Translations under genes and position numbers: made by a program
Part shown: one piece after another, positions 18,895-28,634 of the stretch
Layout: each line of letters starts with the position of its first letter
How positions within the stretch are numbered: the stretch's first letter is position 1
The notes under the pieces: model-generated
Database searches by the model: none
The model's input: the letters and a program-made list of their open reading frames with translations, nothing else
What the model was told of the DNA's origin: nothing
Origin: an uncultured Rhizobium sp.
GTDB taxonomy: Bacteria; Bacteroidota; Bacteroidia; NS11-12g; UBA955
DNA length: 64,000 nt
Direction of reading: 5' to 3'
NCBI GenBank assembly: GCA_964408945.1
Contig: CAYPBJ010000003.1
Span: 58,623-122,622, forward strand

Positions 18895-19887
18895 ATGCGT
18901 AATAGAATTCTTTTCTTTCTTTTTTTCGGGGGATGCTTTAACGCAGCCTACTCCCAATTGAGTCCAAAAGAACTCGAAAAACGCATTTTAGAAATAAACC
19001 AAACCCCTATTTCTCAGTCGCCCGATAACGAAAAAATCGCGGCGGCTGAGGAAATTGTGGAACTCCTCATGGAAGGACTCACCCACAAAGAATCGTTTGA
19101 TTACCCTTTCGATTCACTCCGCTTTTCAACCATACCCGTGGTTACCGCACCCAAAGCCCCAGTTAGAATTTTTACCTTCAATGCCATTTTAGAAAACGGA
19201 AAATTCCAACATTACGGAGTACTTCAATGGAAAACCAAAGGTGGAATCAAAACCTATGCCCTCATTGACACAGCTGAAAATCTTCCCAAAGAACCCACAG
19301 CTGAATCATTATCTACATCACAATGGATAGGTGCACTTTACTATCAAATGATTCCATATAAGCGCAACAAAAAAGACATTTACATTTTATGCGGATTTGA
19401 TGGACACAACATCAACAGCAACAGATCTATCTTAGAAACCCTGTATTTCGAAGATGGTGAACCTCTTTTTGGCACGGAAATGTTCCGCGATGGCGAAGAA
19501 GATCCCACACCTGAACCCAGAGTCATTTTCGAATATCACAAATCAGCAAAAATGACCCTTCGTTTTCAACCCGAAGTCAACTATATTGTTTTAGACGAAT
19601 TGGCTCCCGCTTACGAAAAAGTCAAAGGCAATCCCTGGTATAACATCCCAACAGGCGACTATTTTGCCTACCATCCCGAAAAATTCTCTTGGGTGCTAAA
19701 ACCCGTAACCGATGAAATGCCCTTCGCTGATCCTAGAAGCATAGATGGAGATAGACGTCCTGCCGAACTTCCAAAAGATCGAATGAAATTGAAACATGCC
19801 CCCGAAATGCCTCAAAAAAGAGGTAAATACGGAGAAGGCTCTGAAGAAGAGAGTGATGACACTCCCGCCGATTCAGACGACGAATAA
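18895..19887 (+). CDS. hypothetical secreted protein with a strongly acidic C-terminal tail
   Basis: Signal peptide MRNRILFFLFFGGCFNAAYSQ. The C-terminal 30 aa are Glu/Asp/Ser-rich (…GEGSEEESDDTPADSDDE). No recognisable catalytic motif. Confidence 0.5.
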   Translation: MRNRILFFLFFGGCFNAAYSQLSPKELEKRILEINQTPISQSPDNEKIAAAEEIVELLMEGLTHKESFDYPFDSLRFSTIPVVTAPKAPVRIFTFNAILENGKFQHYGVLQWKTKGGIKTYALIDTAENLPKEPTAESLSTSQWIGALYYQMIPYKRNKKDIYILCGFDGHNINSNRSILETLYFEDGEPLFGTEMFRDGEEDPTPEPRVIFEYHKSAKMTLRFQPEVNYIVLDELAPAYEKVKGNPWYNIPTGDYFAYHPEKFSWVLKPVTDEMPFADPRSIDGDRRPAELPKDRMKLKHAPEMPQKRGKYGEGSEEESDDTPADSDDE

Positions 19888-20883
19888 ATCACCCATTACC
19901 TTCATTTTCAATTCAGTTTCCTGCCATTCGCGCTCTGATTCACTTTGAGAGTTAATGCCGCAGCCAGCATACAATTTTATACCATTACTGAAAACTTGCG
20001 CACATCGTAAATTCACATATACTTCCGTTGAATTGCCAATAAATCCAGTATACAACGCCCTTTGATGCATTTCCAATTCATCTATTATACGCACTGATTC
20101 CTTCACTGGATATCCTGCAACCGCCGGTGTGGGATGTAACTTTGATACCACATTTCCCAAATTTAATTCTTCAATATTCGCCTGATGAAATTGAACCAAA
20201 TGTCTGATACTTCCGTTGGTAATTTCTGTGACTTTGGAAATTTCTTCAGTCAATCCCAATGCAGATAAACACTCCGAAATATGTTTCGCCGTAATTGACT
20301 GCTCTAGCTTCTCTTTATCTGTCCATTCTTCTTCTTGATTAAACAAAGTTCCTGCTAAACTCATGGTACGCATTTCACTTCCATCCATTTCCACCAAGAT
20401 TTCAGGAGTAGCACCTATCCAAATACCATGTTCGCTTGTGCCGATCAAATAAACCAAGCTATTAGCATATTTATCGCAAGCAACTTTAAAGTTTTGCATT
20501 AAAACCTGAATAGTTAATGATTGCTCAAAGTCAATCCATTTCACCTTACTCAAGACTACTTTTTCGAATTTTTCCTCCCTAATTCCGACCTTAATTCTAT
20601 CGATTTGAGTTGTAAAATCAATCCATTGAGTACTTTCAATATTGGCAGCTTCGGTCAACTTCAATTCACGTAATATGACCTCTATTTCTTCCCAAGTTTT
20701 TTTGCTGCCCGGTTCCTTAAAAGTTTGAATTTTATCTTCTTTCCAAGCTTTCAATAGGGCCATGGTACCATTCTCAACATTTTGTCCGTCCCAATCAATC
20801 AATGATCCAGAATAAAAATCAAATTCATTTATTTTGTTTTGCCGCATTCGCGGACTCCTTAAAATCAGAAACTGATTATCCAT
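19873..20883 (-). CDS. menF: isochorismate synthase (menaquinone-specific, chorismate-binding enzyme family)
   Basis: A chorismate-binding C-terminal domain is present (…LHPTPAVAGYP…ALYTGFIGN…). The short 336-aa length fits MenF rather than TrpE/PabB. Confidence 0.78.
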   Translation of the reverse strand: MDNQFLILRSPRMRQNKINEFDFYSGSLIDWDGQNVENGTMALLKAWKEDKIQTFKEPGSKKTWEEIEVILRELKLTEAANIESTQWIDFTTQIDRIKVGIREEKFEKVVLSKVKWIDFEQSLTIQVLMQNFKVACDKYANSLVYLIGTSEHGIWIGATPEILVEMDGSEMRTMSLAGTLFNQEEEWTDKEKLEQSITAKHISECLSALGLTEEISKVTEITNGSIRHLVQFHQANIEELNLGNVVSKLHPTPAVAGYPVKESVRIIDELEMHQRALYTGFIGNSTEVYVNLRCAQVFSNGIKLYAGCGINSQSESEREWQETELKMKVMGDLFVV

Positions 20884-21328
20884 TTCTTTTAGGATTTGGA
20901 ATCACTGCCATGGTAATACTTCCCTTACAAATCAATTTATTTCTTGAATTGGTCAATTCCACTTCCCAAATCTGTGATCTAGATCCTAAATGCAACGGCT
21001 TTCCCTTTGCCCAAACCTCTTCGCCAATAAATGCGGGACGAAAATGACTGCCCTGAATATTCTGTCCAACGGCCACCCTCTCACTCCTGTTTAAAACCAA
21101 ATTTGCAGCCATCGAACCTACTATTTCAATTGCTGCCATTGATGCTCCTCCGTTCAACATTCCCAAGGGTTGGCAATTGTTTTCACTAACCACCATTTTT
21201 GCTGTTAAACTTTGTTCATCTATTTCAGTAAAAAACAACCCTATTGCCGTATTCATAGTTCTATCACAGCGGGCATTCAATCCTTCAATAGTTATATTTG
21301 CGGCATCAAACCAAATTGATTCTGACAT
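20876..21328 (-). CDS. hotdog-fold thioesterase (PaaI/DHNA-CoA thioesterase family)
   Basis: About 150 aa with the PaaI-type motif …MLNGGASMAAIEIVGSMAA… and a C-terminal GSITMAVI. It overlaps menF by 8 nt, which fits a menaquinone-pathway thioesterase. Confidence 0.7.
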   Translation of the reverse strand: MSESIWFDAANITIEGLNARCDRTMNTAIGLFFTEIDEQSLTAKMVVSENNCQPLGMLNGGASMAAIEIVGSMAANLVLNRSERVAVGQNIQGSHFRPAFIGEEVWAKGKPLHLGSRSQIWEVELTNSRNKLICKGSITMAVIPNPKRNG

Positions 21329-21342
21329 AATTACAAAGGTCA

Positions 21343-21972
21343 ATGACTACATCCAAAAAAACAATTTATCTCATCAGACACGGACAAACTGACTATAATC
21401 TTCGAGGAATCGTTCAAGGTTCAGGTATTGACTCCCAATTAAACAATGAGGGACATAAACAAGCCAAATTATTTCATCAAACCTATAAAGATGTACCTTT
21501 TAAAAAAATATACGTTTCAGAACTACAGAGAACTCATCAAAGTGTTGCTCCATTCGTTCAAGACGGACATGCACTCAACATTTTACCTGATTTAAATGAG
21601 ATAAATTGGGGTATTTTAGAAGGACAGGAACCCACCCCAGAAGGGTACCAACATTTTTTGACTATATCTAAAAAATGGAGAAATGGCGATTACCATGCAG
21701 CTTGCGAAAACGGCGAATCAGCCCAATCGATGTATGATAGACAACGTTCAGCCCTTCAAATCATACAATCTGAAGATTTATCTCCTATTCTCATCTGCAT
21801 GCACGGCAGAGCCATAAGAAGCTTTCTGTGCCTTTTGACACAAACTCCTTTATATCAGATGGATAATTTTGGCCATGAAAATTTATGTCTTTATATCCTA
21901 GAACAAGAGCCTCACAATCCCGAAATATATAAAATCCATTTAACCAACTGCACCAAACATCTTAAATCATGA
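21343..21972 (+). CDS. histidine phosphatase family protein (phosphoglycerate-mutase-like)
   Basis: RHGQTDYN catalytic motif at the N-terminus and a conserved His in CMHGRAIRSF. Confidence 0.8.
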   Translation: MTTSKKTIYLIRHGQTDYNLRGIVQGSGIDSQLNNEGHKQAKLFHQTYKDVPFKKIYVSELQRTHQSVAPFVQDGHALNILPDLNEINWGILEGQEPTPEGYQHFLTISKKWRNGDYHAACENGESAQSMYDRQRSALQIIQSEDLSPILICMHGRAIRSFLCLLTQTPLYQMDNFGHENLCLYILEQEPHNPEIYKIHLTNCTKHLKS

Positions 21973-22292
21973 ACTCAATAAATATTACCATCATTGATCG
22001 AAATGGCCATTCACAAATGTATGAGGCCCCTACCGACATGGGACTGAATCTGATGGAATTTTGCAAAGCGGTAGAATTACCGGTAAAAGGTGAATGCGGC
22101 GGAATGGCTATGTGCGCCACCTGTCAAGTATATGTTGAAAGCAATCATGAATTACCCAACCAATCAGACGCAGAACTCGATATGCTGGATCAGGCTTTTT
22201 ACGTTAAAAACAATTCTAGATTGGGCTGTCAACTACATCTAAATAATGATCTACATGGCCTAATTGTTAGACTTGCACCAGAAAGTGAATAA
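21969..22292 (+). CDS. 2Fe-2S ferredoxin (adrenodoxin/putidaredoxin type)
   Basis: Cys ligands CGGMAMCATC…C; 107 aa. The start overlaps the upstream gene by 4 nt. Confidence 0.85.
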   Translation: MNSINITIIDRNGHSQMYEAPTDMGLNLMEFCKAVELPVKGECGGMAMCATCQVYVESNHELPNQSDAELDMLDQAFYVKNNSRLGCQLHLNNDLHGLIVRLAPESE

Positions 22293-22305
22293 TTTTTTGA
22301 AAAAA

Positions 22306-22337
22306 ATTGCTAATGAAGCCACTGTGTGTTATCTTTG
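22306..22337 (+). promoter_or_regulatory. Bacteroidota sigma-A type promoter for rpsT (-33 ATTG / -7 TATCTTTG)
   Basis: TATCTTTG matches the TAnnTTTG -7 consensus and lies 20 nt upstream of the ATG. A TTG-containing element sits about 20 bp further upstream. Confidence 0.4.
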
Positions 22338-22357
22338 CACTCCTTTTGTAAGAAGAA

Positions 22358-22612
22358 ATGGCAAATCATAAATCAGCAATAAAGAGAATCAGAGCGAATA
22401 ACGCGAAAAAAGAGTTGAACCGTTATCAACATAAAACCGCTCGTACTATTATCAAGAATGTAAGAAATTCAGAGAATAAAGCTGAAGCTGAAACTTTGTT
22501 GAAATCTGCTTTCACTGCCCTTGACAAATTGGCAAAGAAAAACATCATTCACAAGAACAAAGCGGGTAACTTGAAATCAAGTTTGCAAAAGCACGTTAAT
22601 GCTTTGGCATAA
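22358..22612 (+). CDS. rpsT: 30S ribosomal protein S20
   Basis: MANHKSAIKRIRANNAKKELNRYQHKT…; 84 aa. Confidence 0.93.
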   Translation: MANHKSAIKRIRANNAKKELNRYQHKTARTIIKNVRNSENKAEAETLLKSAFTALDKLAKKNIIHKNKAGNLKSSLQKHVNALA

Positions 22613-22635
22613 CCGCTAACACAACCTTATACATA

Positions 22636-22665
22636 AAAAAAGCCGCTACATGCGGCTTTTTTTAT
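22636..22665 (+). terminator. rho-independent terminator after rpsT
   Basis: AAAAAAAGCCGCTACATGCGGCTTTTTTTA: a GC stem with a 5-nt loop, followed by a T-run. Confidence 0.8.
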
Positions 22666-22692
22666 GGGTTGTACATTTGTATCAGTCCTAAA

Positions 22693-23349
22693 TTATAATA
22701 TTTCCTTTAATACCACACGTTTCAATTCTGGATTGGATCTTGCATCTTTACCCATTAATCCTTCATAATAAATCAATCCAACATCCTTAGCCCATTTAAA
22801 CTTACCAAATCCTATACCCTTACTGTTGGTACCGTTTCGATTCAACGGACCACGAAAATTCCTATCTGACTCAATTACATCATTGAAAACCTTCCAAGGG
22901 GTAGAGTAACTTTGCAATTTTATAGAATGCCCAACCCAGTCCGCTTTATGAAACTGCGCCGAACTGTCTAAACGAGGATATACATATTGTGTAGGATCAT
23001 AGTAAGTCATATAAACATCTACCATAACCGATGGCGTGTTCAAATAAGCATAGCACCAAATATTAAAATTAATAAGTTCATTACCCATGCTCAATTGCAC
23101 GCCTTGTCCTTCTGTATACGTATCAAAATACTTTGCATTTTGATACGTATATGACATTGTAAAAGTATCTACTTCTGTGGTATCATCGAGATTGGCAAAT
23201 ACATATTGACGCCCATATACTTCGTTAAATGGGATAAAATACGATTTTAAACTTTCCGATAAGGGCAATGTTTCTGTTTTATCAGAACAATTCATTCTTA
23301 CGCTCAACAACCAGATAAGCGTTAACATCAAAAAATAACGTACCTTCAT
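22693..23349 (-). CDS. hypothetical secreted/lipoprotein
   Basis: N-terminal signal sequence MKVRYFLMLTLIWLLSVRMNCSD. Tyr/Trp-rich beta-type composition. No recognisable motif. Confidence 0.5.
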   Translation of the reverse strand: MKVRYFLMLTLIWLLSVRMNCSDKTETLPLSESLKSYFIPFNEVYGRQYVFANLDDTTEVDTFTMSYTYQNAKYFDTYTEGQGVQLSMGNELINFNIWCYAYLNTPSVMVDVYMTYYDPTQYVYPRLDSSAQFHKADWVGHSIKLQSYSTPWKVFNDVIESDRNFRGPLNRNGTNSKGIGFGKFKWAKDVGLIYYEGLMGKDARSNPELKRVVLKEIL

Positions 23350-23369
23350 TTAACCAAAGGTAAATTATT

Positions 23370-24083
23370 TTATTCGTTTACCACCAAGGTGCCTATAGAA
23401 TCTCCTTGTAACAGCTTTAACAAATTACCAGGTTGGTTCATATCAAAAACTACTATAGGCTTATTATTCTCTTGGCACAACGTAATTGCGGTTAGATCCA
23501 TAACATTCAAACCAAGATCATATACCTCCTTGAAGGTAATTTGCTGATACTTTTTAGCTGATGGATTTTTTTCTGGATCAGAGTCGTAAATACCGTCCAC
23601 TCTTGTACCTTTTAAAACAATATCCGCCTCAATTTCAACGGCACGTAATGAAGCAGCAGTATCAGTGGTAAAATAGGGATTACCTGTACCTGCACCAAAA
23701 ATCACTACTCTACCTTTTTCTAAATGTCTAATAGCACGACGTCTGATGAAAGGCTCACCTATTTGCTCCATTTTAATTGCACTCAGAAGACGCGTAATCA
23801 ATCCAAACTTCTCAAATGAGCCTTGTATGGCCATAGCATTCATCATGGTAGCTAGCATGCCCATATAGTCGCCCGTGGCGCGATCTACAACTCCACCTTG
23901 TGCTCCTTGAACCCCTCTAAATATATTCCCACCGCCAATTACGATAGCAACTTCTACTCCTTGATCAACTACTGACTTTACTTCTTGAGCATATTGAGCC
24001 AAAACAGTTGGATCAATACCGTAATCTTGAGAACCCAAAAGGCTTTCGCCACTTAGTTTGAGGAGTATTCGTTTGTATTTCAT
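23370..24083 (-). CDS. pyrH: UMP kinase
   Basis: [15 protein letters not shown]…[11 protein letters not shown]. The start was trimmed to the ATG at 24083 (the ORF-track ATG at 24125 adds 14 aa). Confidence 0.92.
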   Translation of the reverse strand: MKYKRILLKLSGESLLGSQDYGIDPTVLAQYAQEVKSVVDQGVEVAIVIGGGNIFRGVQGAQGGVVDRATGDYMGMLATMMNAMAIQGSFEKFGLITRLLSAIKMEQIGEPFIRRRAIRHLEKGRVVIFGAGTGNPYFTTDTAASLRAVEIEADIVLKGTRVDGIYDSDPEKNPSAKKYQQITFKEVYDLGLNVMDLTAITLCQENNKPIVVFDMNQPGNLLKLLQGDSIGTLVVNE

Positions 24084-24125
24084 TTGATTAATCTTTAACA
24101 AATTTATTCGTTTTGATATATGCAC

Positions 24126-24156
24126 AAAAAAAATCCCCCGATATCGGAGGATTTTT
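24126..24156 (-). terminator. intrinsic terminator/attenuator between tsf and pyrH
   Basis: On the minus strand: GAAAAATCCTCCGATATCGGGGGATTTTTTTT, a hairpin followed by a U-run. Confidence 0.6.
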
Positions 24157-24171
24157 CTGTAATTATTTTTC

Positions 24172-25002
24172 TTATCCTAATTGAACCCTTTTGAACTGTT
24201 TAACAGTCAGACCAGATTCAACTGAACTCAACATAGCCGCGACAGTTTTGGAGCTATCTTTTACAAATTCTTGATTCAACAATGTTGATTCCTTATAGAA
24301 TTTCTGCAATTTACCTTCAGCTATCTTATCAATCATAGCTTCTGGCTTACCTTCTTGACGGGCTTGTTCACGACCAATTTCAAGCTCACGCTCAATAGTT
24401 GTAGCGTCTACACCATCTTTATCTACTGCTACTGGATTCATAGCAGCAATTTGCATTGCTACATCTTTTCCTGCCGCAATGTTTGCATCAGAAGGAGCGT
24501 TGCTCAATTCTACCAATACACCCATACGATTTGCACCGTGAATGTAAGGAACTACATTAGCTGCTTCAATTATTTCGTATTTAACTACGTCAATTTTCTC
24601 ACCAATCTTTGCAACCTCCTCCATCAAACGAGCTTCCAAAGTAGCTGAACCTACTGTCAAAGCCTTTAGAGCCTCAGCAGTTGCAGGTTTGTGAGCAATT
24701 GCTGTATCAGCAATTTCATGAGCGAATGATACGAATCCTTCGTTTTTAGCAACGAAGTCAGTTTCACAACTCAACACTATCACAACACCTACGGTACCAT
24801 CGCTATTAGTTTTAGCAATAACTGCACCTTCGGTTGCCTCTCTATCAGCGCGTTTTGCGGCAATTTTCGCGCCCTTCTTACGAAGGAAGTCGATTGCTGC
24901 CTCAAAATCACCATTATTCTCAGAAAGAGCTTGTTTGCAATCCATCAAACCAGCACCAGTCATTTGGCGTAGTTTGTTTACTTCTGCTGCACTAATTGAC
25001 AT
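24172..25002 (-). CDS. tsf: elongation factor Ts
   Basis: [26 protein letters not shown]… (UBA-like N-terminus and EF-Ts dimerisation domain). Confidence 0.93.
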   Translation of the reverse strand: MSISAAEVNKLRQMTGAGLMDCKQALSENNGDFEAAIDFLRKKGAKIAAKRADREATEGAVIAKTNSDGTVGVVIVLSCETDFVAKNEGFVSFAHEIADTAIAHKPATAEALKALTVGSATLEARLMEEVAKIGEKIDVVKYEIIEAANVVPYIHGANRMGVLVELSNAPSDANIAAGKDVAMQIAAMNPVAVDKDGVDATTIERELEIGREQARQEGKPEAMIDKIAEGKLQKFYKESTLLNQEFVKDSSKTVAAMLSSVESGLTVKQFKRVQLG

Positions 25003-25006
25003 AATA

Positions 25007-25762
25007 TTAACCTTCTTGAGTTTCTAAGTTTTCTTCTTGCTTTTCAGCTTTTACTTCTTCGTCTGCAGATTTTTCACGCTTACGTTCAGCGGTTCCTTCC
25101 AAAATAGCATTCGCAATTTCAGAGGCAATCAAATGCACGCTCTTTGAAGCATCATCATTACCTGGGATTGGGAAGTCAATATTTGTTGGATCCGAATTTG
25201 TATCAACCAACCCAAAAGTTGGAATACCTAAACGAATAGCTTCAGAAACAGCTAAGTGCTCTCTACGAACGTCAACCAAGAACAATGCACCAGGAAGTTT
25301 GGTCATATCTTCGATACCACCTAAAACTCTTGCCAACTTGATTTTTTCACGATCTAACATCAAACGCTCTTTCTTATTCAAGCGAGTAAATGTTCCATCG
25401 TTAGCCATCTTATCGATACCTTGCATACGCTTGATGCTCTTACGAACAGTTTGGAAGTTTGTTAACATACCACCTAACCAACGCTCAGTAATGAAAGGCA
25501 TTCCGGCTCTTTGAGCTTCGGCCATAACGATTTCTTTAGCTTGCTTTTTGGTAGCCACAAACAAAATGCGTCTTCCAGACTTTGCGATATTCTTGGCAGC
25601 TGCTTTTGCATCTTCCAATTTTGATTCTGTTTTCTTTAGATCGATGATGTGAATTCCATTTTGCTCCATGAAAATGAAAGGAGCCATTTTGGGATTCCAC
25701 TTGCGGGTAAGGTGACCGAAGTGTACACCCGCATCGAGTAAATCTTGTTGAGTATAAGCCAT
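25007..25762 (-). CDS. rpsB: 30S ribosomal protein S2
   Basis: [31 protein letters not shown]…. Confidence 0.93.
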   Translation of the reverse strand: MAYTQQDLLDAGVHFGHLTRKWNPKMAPFIFMEQNGIHIIDLKKTESKLEDAKAAAKNIAKSGRRILFVATKKQAKEIVMAEAQRAGMPFITERWLGGMLTNFQTVRKSIKRMQGIDKMANDGTFTRLNKKERLMLDREKIKLARVLGGIEDMTKLPGALFLVDVRREHLAVSEAIRLGIPTFGLVDTNSDPTNIDFPIPGNDDASKSVHLIASEIANAILEGTAERKREKSADEEVKAEKQEENLETQEG

Positions 25763-25771
25763 TGATCTGTA

Positions 25772-26152
25772 TTATCTTTTTGAGAATTGGAAACGCTTAC
25801 GCGCTTTCTTTTGTCCACTTTTCTTTCTTTCAACCACACGTGGGTCACGAGTCATGAAACCAGCTTGACGCAAAGCGCTTTTGTATTCTTCGTTGATGTC
25901 AACCAACGCTTTTGAAATACCTAAACGAATAGCTTCAGCTTGTCCTGAAACTCCTCCACCATTCACGTTAACCATCACATCATAGTTTGTATGATTTGAA
26001 GTCAACACCAAAGGTGATTGAACAGAATTTTGGTGCCAAGCCAATGGGAAATAATCCGACAAAGACTTCTTGTTTACTGTAATCTGCCCATTACCTTCTT
26101 TTAGGTAAACTCTAGCTACGGCAGCTTTTCTTCTTCCTGAGTTGTTGTTCAT
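25772..26152 (-). CDS. rpsI: 30S ribosomal protein S9
   Basis: C-terminal …KKSGQKKARKRFQFSKR. Confidence 0.92.
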   Translation of the reverse strand: MNNNSGRRKAAVARVYLKEGNGQITVNKKSLSDYFPLAWHQNSVQSPLVLTSNHTNYDVMVNVNGGGVSGQAEAIRLGISKALVDINEEYKSALRQAGFMTRDPRVVERKKSGQKKARKRFQFSKR

Positions 26153-26159
26153 AGGATTC

Positions 26160-26603
26160 TCAGATATCGAATTTCAATTCTTTTGGTTGCTGTGCTGCAT
26201 GTGGGTGTTCTGAACCTTCATACACGAACAGGTTATTAAATAATTTTCTACCTAAACGATTTTTTGGCAACATTCCGCGAACGGCACTTTCTACTATGCG
26301 ATCTTTCTTTACCGCTTTTGCCAAAGCTACACGCTGCCCGCCAGGAAATCCTGTATGACGAATGTATTCTTTTTGATCCATCTTAGCTCCGGTTAACTTG
26401 ATGTGAGATGCATTGATCACAATTACGTGATCTCCGCAGTCTACGTGTGGAGAGTAAGCTGGTTTGTGCTTGCCGCGAATAACGGTTGCAATCTTTGAAG
26501 CCAAACGACCCAAAGGCTGGCCTGCTGCGTCTACAACTACCCAATTCTTGGTAATCGTATTCTTATTTGCAGAAATGGTTTTATATGTACTTAACGGATT
26601 CAC
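26160..26603 (-). CDS. rplM: 50S ribosomal protein L13
   Basis: …YKTISANKNTITKNWVVVDAAGQPLGRLAS… A GTG start at 26603 gives MNPLSTYKT…, which matches L13 N-termini. The ATG at 26672 would add 23 non-conserved residues. Confidence 0.85.
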   Translation of the reverse strand: MNPLSTYKTISANKNTITKNWVVVDAAGQPLGRLASKIATVIRGKHKPAYSPHVDCGDHVIVINASHIKLTGAKMDQKEYIRHTGFPGGQRVALAKAVKKDRIVESAVRGMLPKNRLGRKLFNNLFVYEGSEHPHAAQQPKELKFDI

Positions 26604-26703
26604 TTGCGTTAATTTTATCAATTTTGGGGTTGCAAAAATAGGACAATTTTTCGTGGATAACAAGATATCCACAAACTTTTTTAAAAACTATCAAAATAGA
26701 CAT

Positions 26704-27444
26704 CTACCAATCATCTTCATCAGGCTTGTAAGCCTCTTTCAAAGCAGCCGATATTCCCTCTACCATTTTCTTTACTTCTTTATCTGCAGAGATTAAATAC
26801 CGATCGGTAGATTCAAATCCTTTCTTCGTACTTCTATAATATTCATGATAGGTTCTTAGTCGATCATTAGAAAGACCAACGGGGTCAGTGACGTGAGCAA
26901 AGTTGCCAAACTGATATTTGTATCGAGCTTCTTTAAATCTCAAAACCATCACATATTCCATCTCACCATCTCTACGTTTAGCATATTCACCTAGAGTAAC
27001 TACCATGGGCATTACCACTTTCATGTATATCAACTGATTGGCTTTTTCTTCTACAATCATTTTCTTGTATTGCTTCTCACCAAAACGCTTGATTAAGAAT
27101 CTTTTAGCTCGAGCAAATAGCGAATCTTCAGAACATGTTTCACATTCCTCGTCATCTACTACACCTTCATAAAAAATTAATTCTCTTAAGGAGTCATAGG
27201 GTGGAACAAACCTCACGTAAGGCTTTTTCTCTATGGGCTTGGGAGAATTATCTCCTCCACCTCCGCCCCATCCACCGCCACCGGCAGATACTTCCATAGA
27301 TGCAGTATCGTTTGATGCGGCTTCATCGCCTTCGTCTCCCCATTGGGCAGAAATGCTGTTTACAGCCATAAAAGCTGAAAGAAATAATACTTTATAATAA
27401 GCAACCCAGCGGTTGATTTTGATTGTCCTTTTCACTCTTTCCAA
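26704..27444 (-). CDS. hypothetical secreted protein with a Gly-rich linker
   Basis: Signal peptide …LFLSAFMAVNSISAQ, a linker GGGGWGGGGGDNSP, then a globular domain of about 170 aa. Confidence 0.5.
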   Translation of the reverse strand: MERVKRTIKINRWVAYYKVLFLSAFMAVNSISAQWGDEGDEAASNDTASMEVSAGGGGWGGGGGDNSPKPIEKKPYVRFVPPYDSLRELIFYEGVVDDEECETCSEDSLFARAKRFLIKRFGEKQYKKMIVEEKANQLIYMKVVMPMVVTLGEYAKRRDGEMEYVMVLRFKEARYKYQFGNFAHVTDPVGLSNDRLRTYHEYYRSTKKGFESTDRYLISADKEVKKMVEGISAALKEAYKPDEDDW

Positions 27445-27533
27445 TGACTAAATAATTACAATTGCGCGAATATAAAGGCAAGAACGAAAATTTCTTTTAT
27501 TTATTGTACCAGCCATAACTATTGTTCAATCCA

Positions 27534-28550
27534 TTAAACAGTTTTAGGGAAACGACCCTTACTGAATATCCTTCCCGCTGGCTTGCCCTTGCGCAACTTA
27601 ATTTGTTCAGCCTCTGGAAGTTCCAAAATAGACTGACATTCATTTGAACAGCAATGATTGTATTTTTCAGCGCATTCATTACATTGAATAAAAAGTAAAT
27701 GACATCCTACATTAGCACAATTTATGTGAGTATCGGCAGGTTTTCCGCATTGATGACACTCAGACAAAACGTCATTGCTAACTCTTTCATGCAACCTTTG
27801 ATCAAAAACAAAATTTACCCCTTTGAATTTGTTCTCTATTCCTTGCTGTTTTGTTTGATTCACGTAATTGATAATTCCACCTTTTAAATGATACACTTCA
27901 TTAAAGCCATTGTAACGCATCCAAGCGCTTGCTTTTTCACATCTAATTCCCCCGGTACAATACATCAAGATTTTCTTATCTCTTGTATCATTGAACTCAT
28001 CAATTACCAATTTTAATTCCTCTCTAAAAGTATCAGCATCCGGACAACGAGCACCATCAAATCTACCAACCTCACTTTCGTAATGGTTACGCATATCAAT
28101 AACCACCGTTTCGGGGTCTTCAAGGTAATGATTCCAATCTTCAGCCTCTAAGTACCTACCAGTATCTGAGGGATTAAAATCAGGATCATCAATTCCGTCA
28201 GCCACAATTTTATTACGCACTTTTAAATCCAACTTGATGAATGATTTTTGATTTTCTTCGATAGCTGTATTCAATCTAATTCCGTTCAAAAAGTGAATGG
28301 TAAATAAATCCTCCCTAAAAGCTTCAAAATGAATAGTGGGCAATGCAATTTGAGCGTTAATTCCTTCTTTGGCAACATAAACACGGCCTACAACCTCAAA
28401 GGATTTCCAACGCAAAAATAGTTCATCTCTGAACTCTTGTGGTTTATCAATCTGATAATAACGGTAGAAGGAGATGGTGGTATATTGCCGTGTATCGGCA
28501 TCCATACGACGTTTTAACTCCTCCCGACTAACAATGTTTCGCAATAACAT
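27534..28550 (-). CDS. trhO: rhodanese-domain tRNA uridine(34) hydroxylase (TrhO/YceA family) with a Cys-rich C-terminal extension
   Basis: The N-terminal UPF0176 domain and a rhodanese active site YCTGGIRCEKA are followed by a Cys-rich tail, CHQCGKP…CANVGCH…CNEC…CCSNEC. Confidence 0.8.
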   Translation of the reverse strand: MLLRNIVSREELKRRMDADTRQYTTISFYRYYQIDKPQEFRDELFLRWKSFEVVGRVYVAKEGINAQIALPTIHFEAFREDLFTIHFLNGIRLNTAIEENQKSFIKLDLKVRNKIVADGIDDPDFNPSDTGRYLEAEDWNHYLEDPETVVIDMRNHYESEVGRFDGARCPDADTFREELKLVIDEFNDTRDKKILMYCTGGIRCEKASAWMRYNGFNEVYHLKGGIINYVNQTKQQGIENKFKGVNFVFDQRLHERVSNDVLSECHQCGKPADTHINCANVGCHLLFIQCNECAEKYNHCCSNECQSILELPEAEQIKLRKGKPAGRIFSKGRFPKTV

Positions 28551-28578
28551 GGTGGGGGTAGTAAATTTCCCACAAAGA

Positions 28579-28610
28579 TAAAAAAAAGAGGGAGCCTTGG
28601 CCCCCTCTTC
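28579..28610 (-). terminator. rho-independent terminator after the T9SS cargo gene
   Basis: On the minus strand: AAGAGGGGGCCAAGGCTCCCTCTTTTTTTTT, a GC-rich hairpin followed by a U-run. Confidence 0.65.
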
Positions 28611-28634
28611 TAAAAAAATCGTCTTTTGATAGGA

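Noticed and set aside
27497-27887. Small ORFs 27497..27679 (-) and 27699..27887 (+) at the trhO 3' end.
   Set aside because: They overlap the trhO coding frame or its terminator region and carry no recognisable features.
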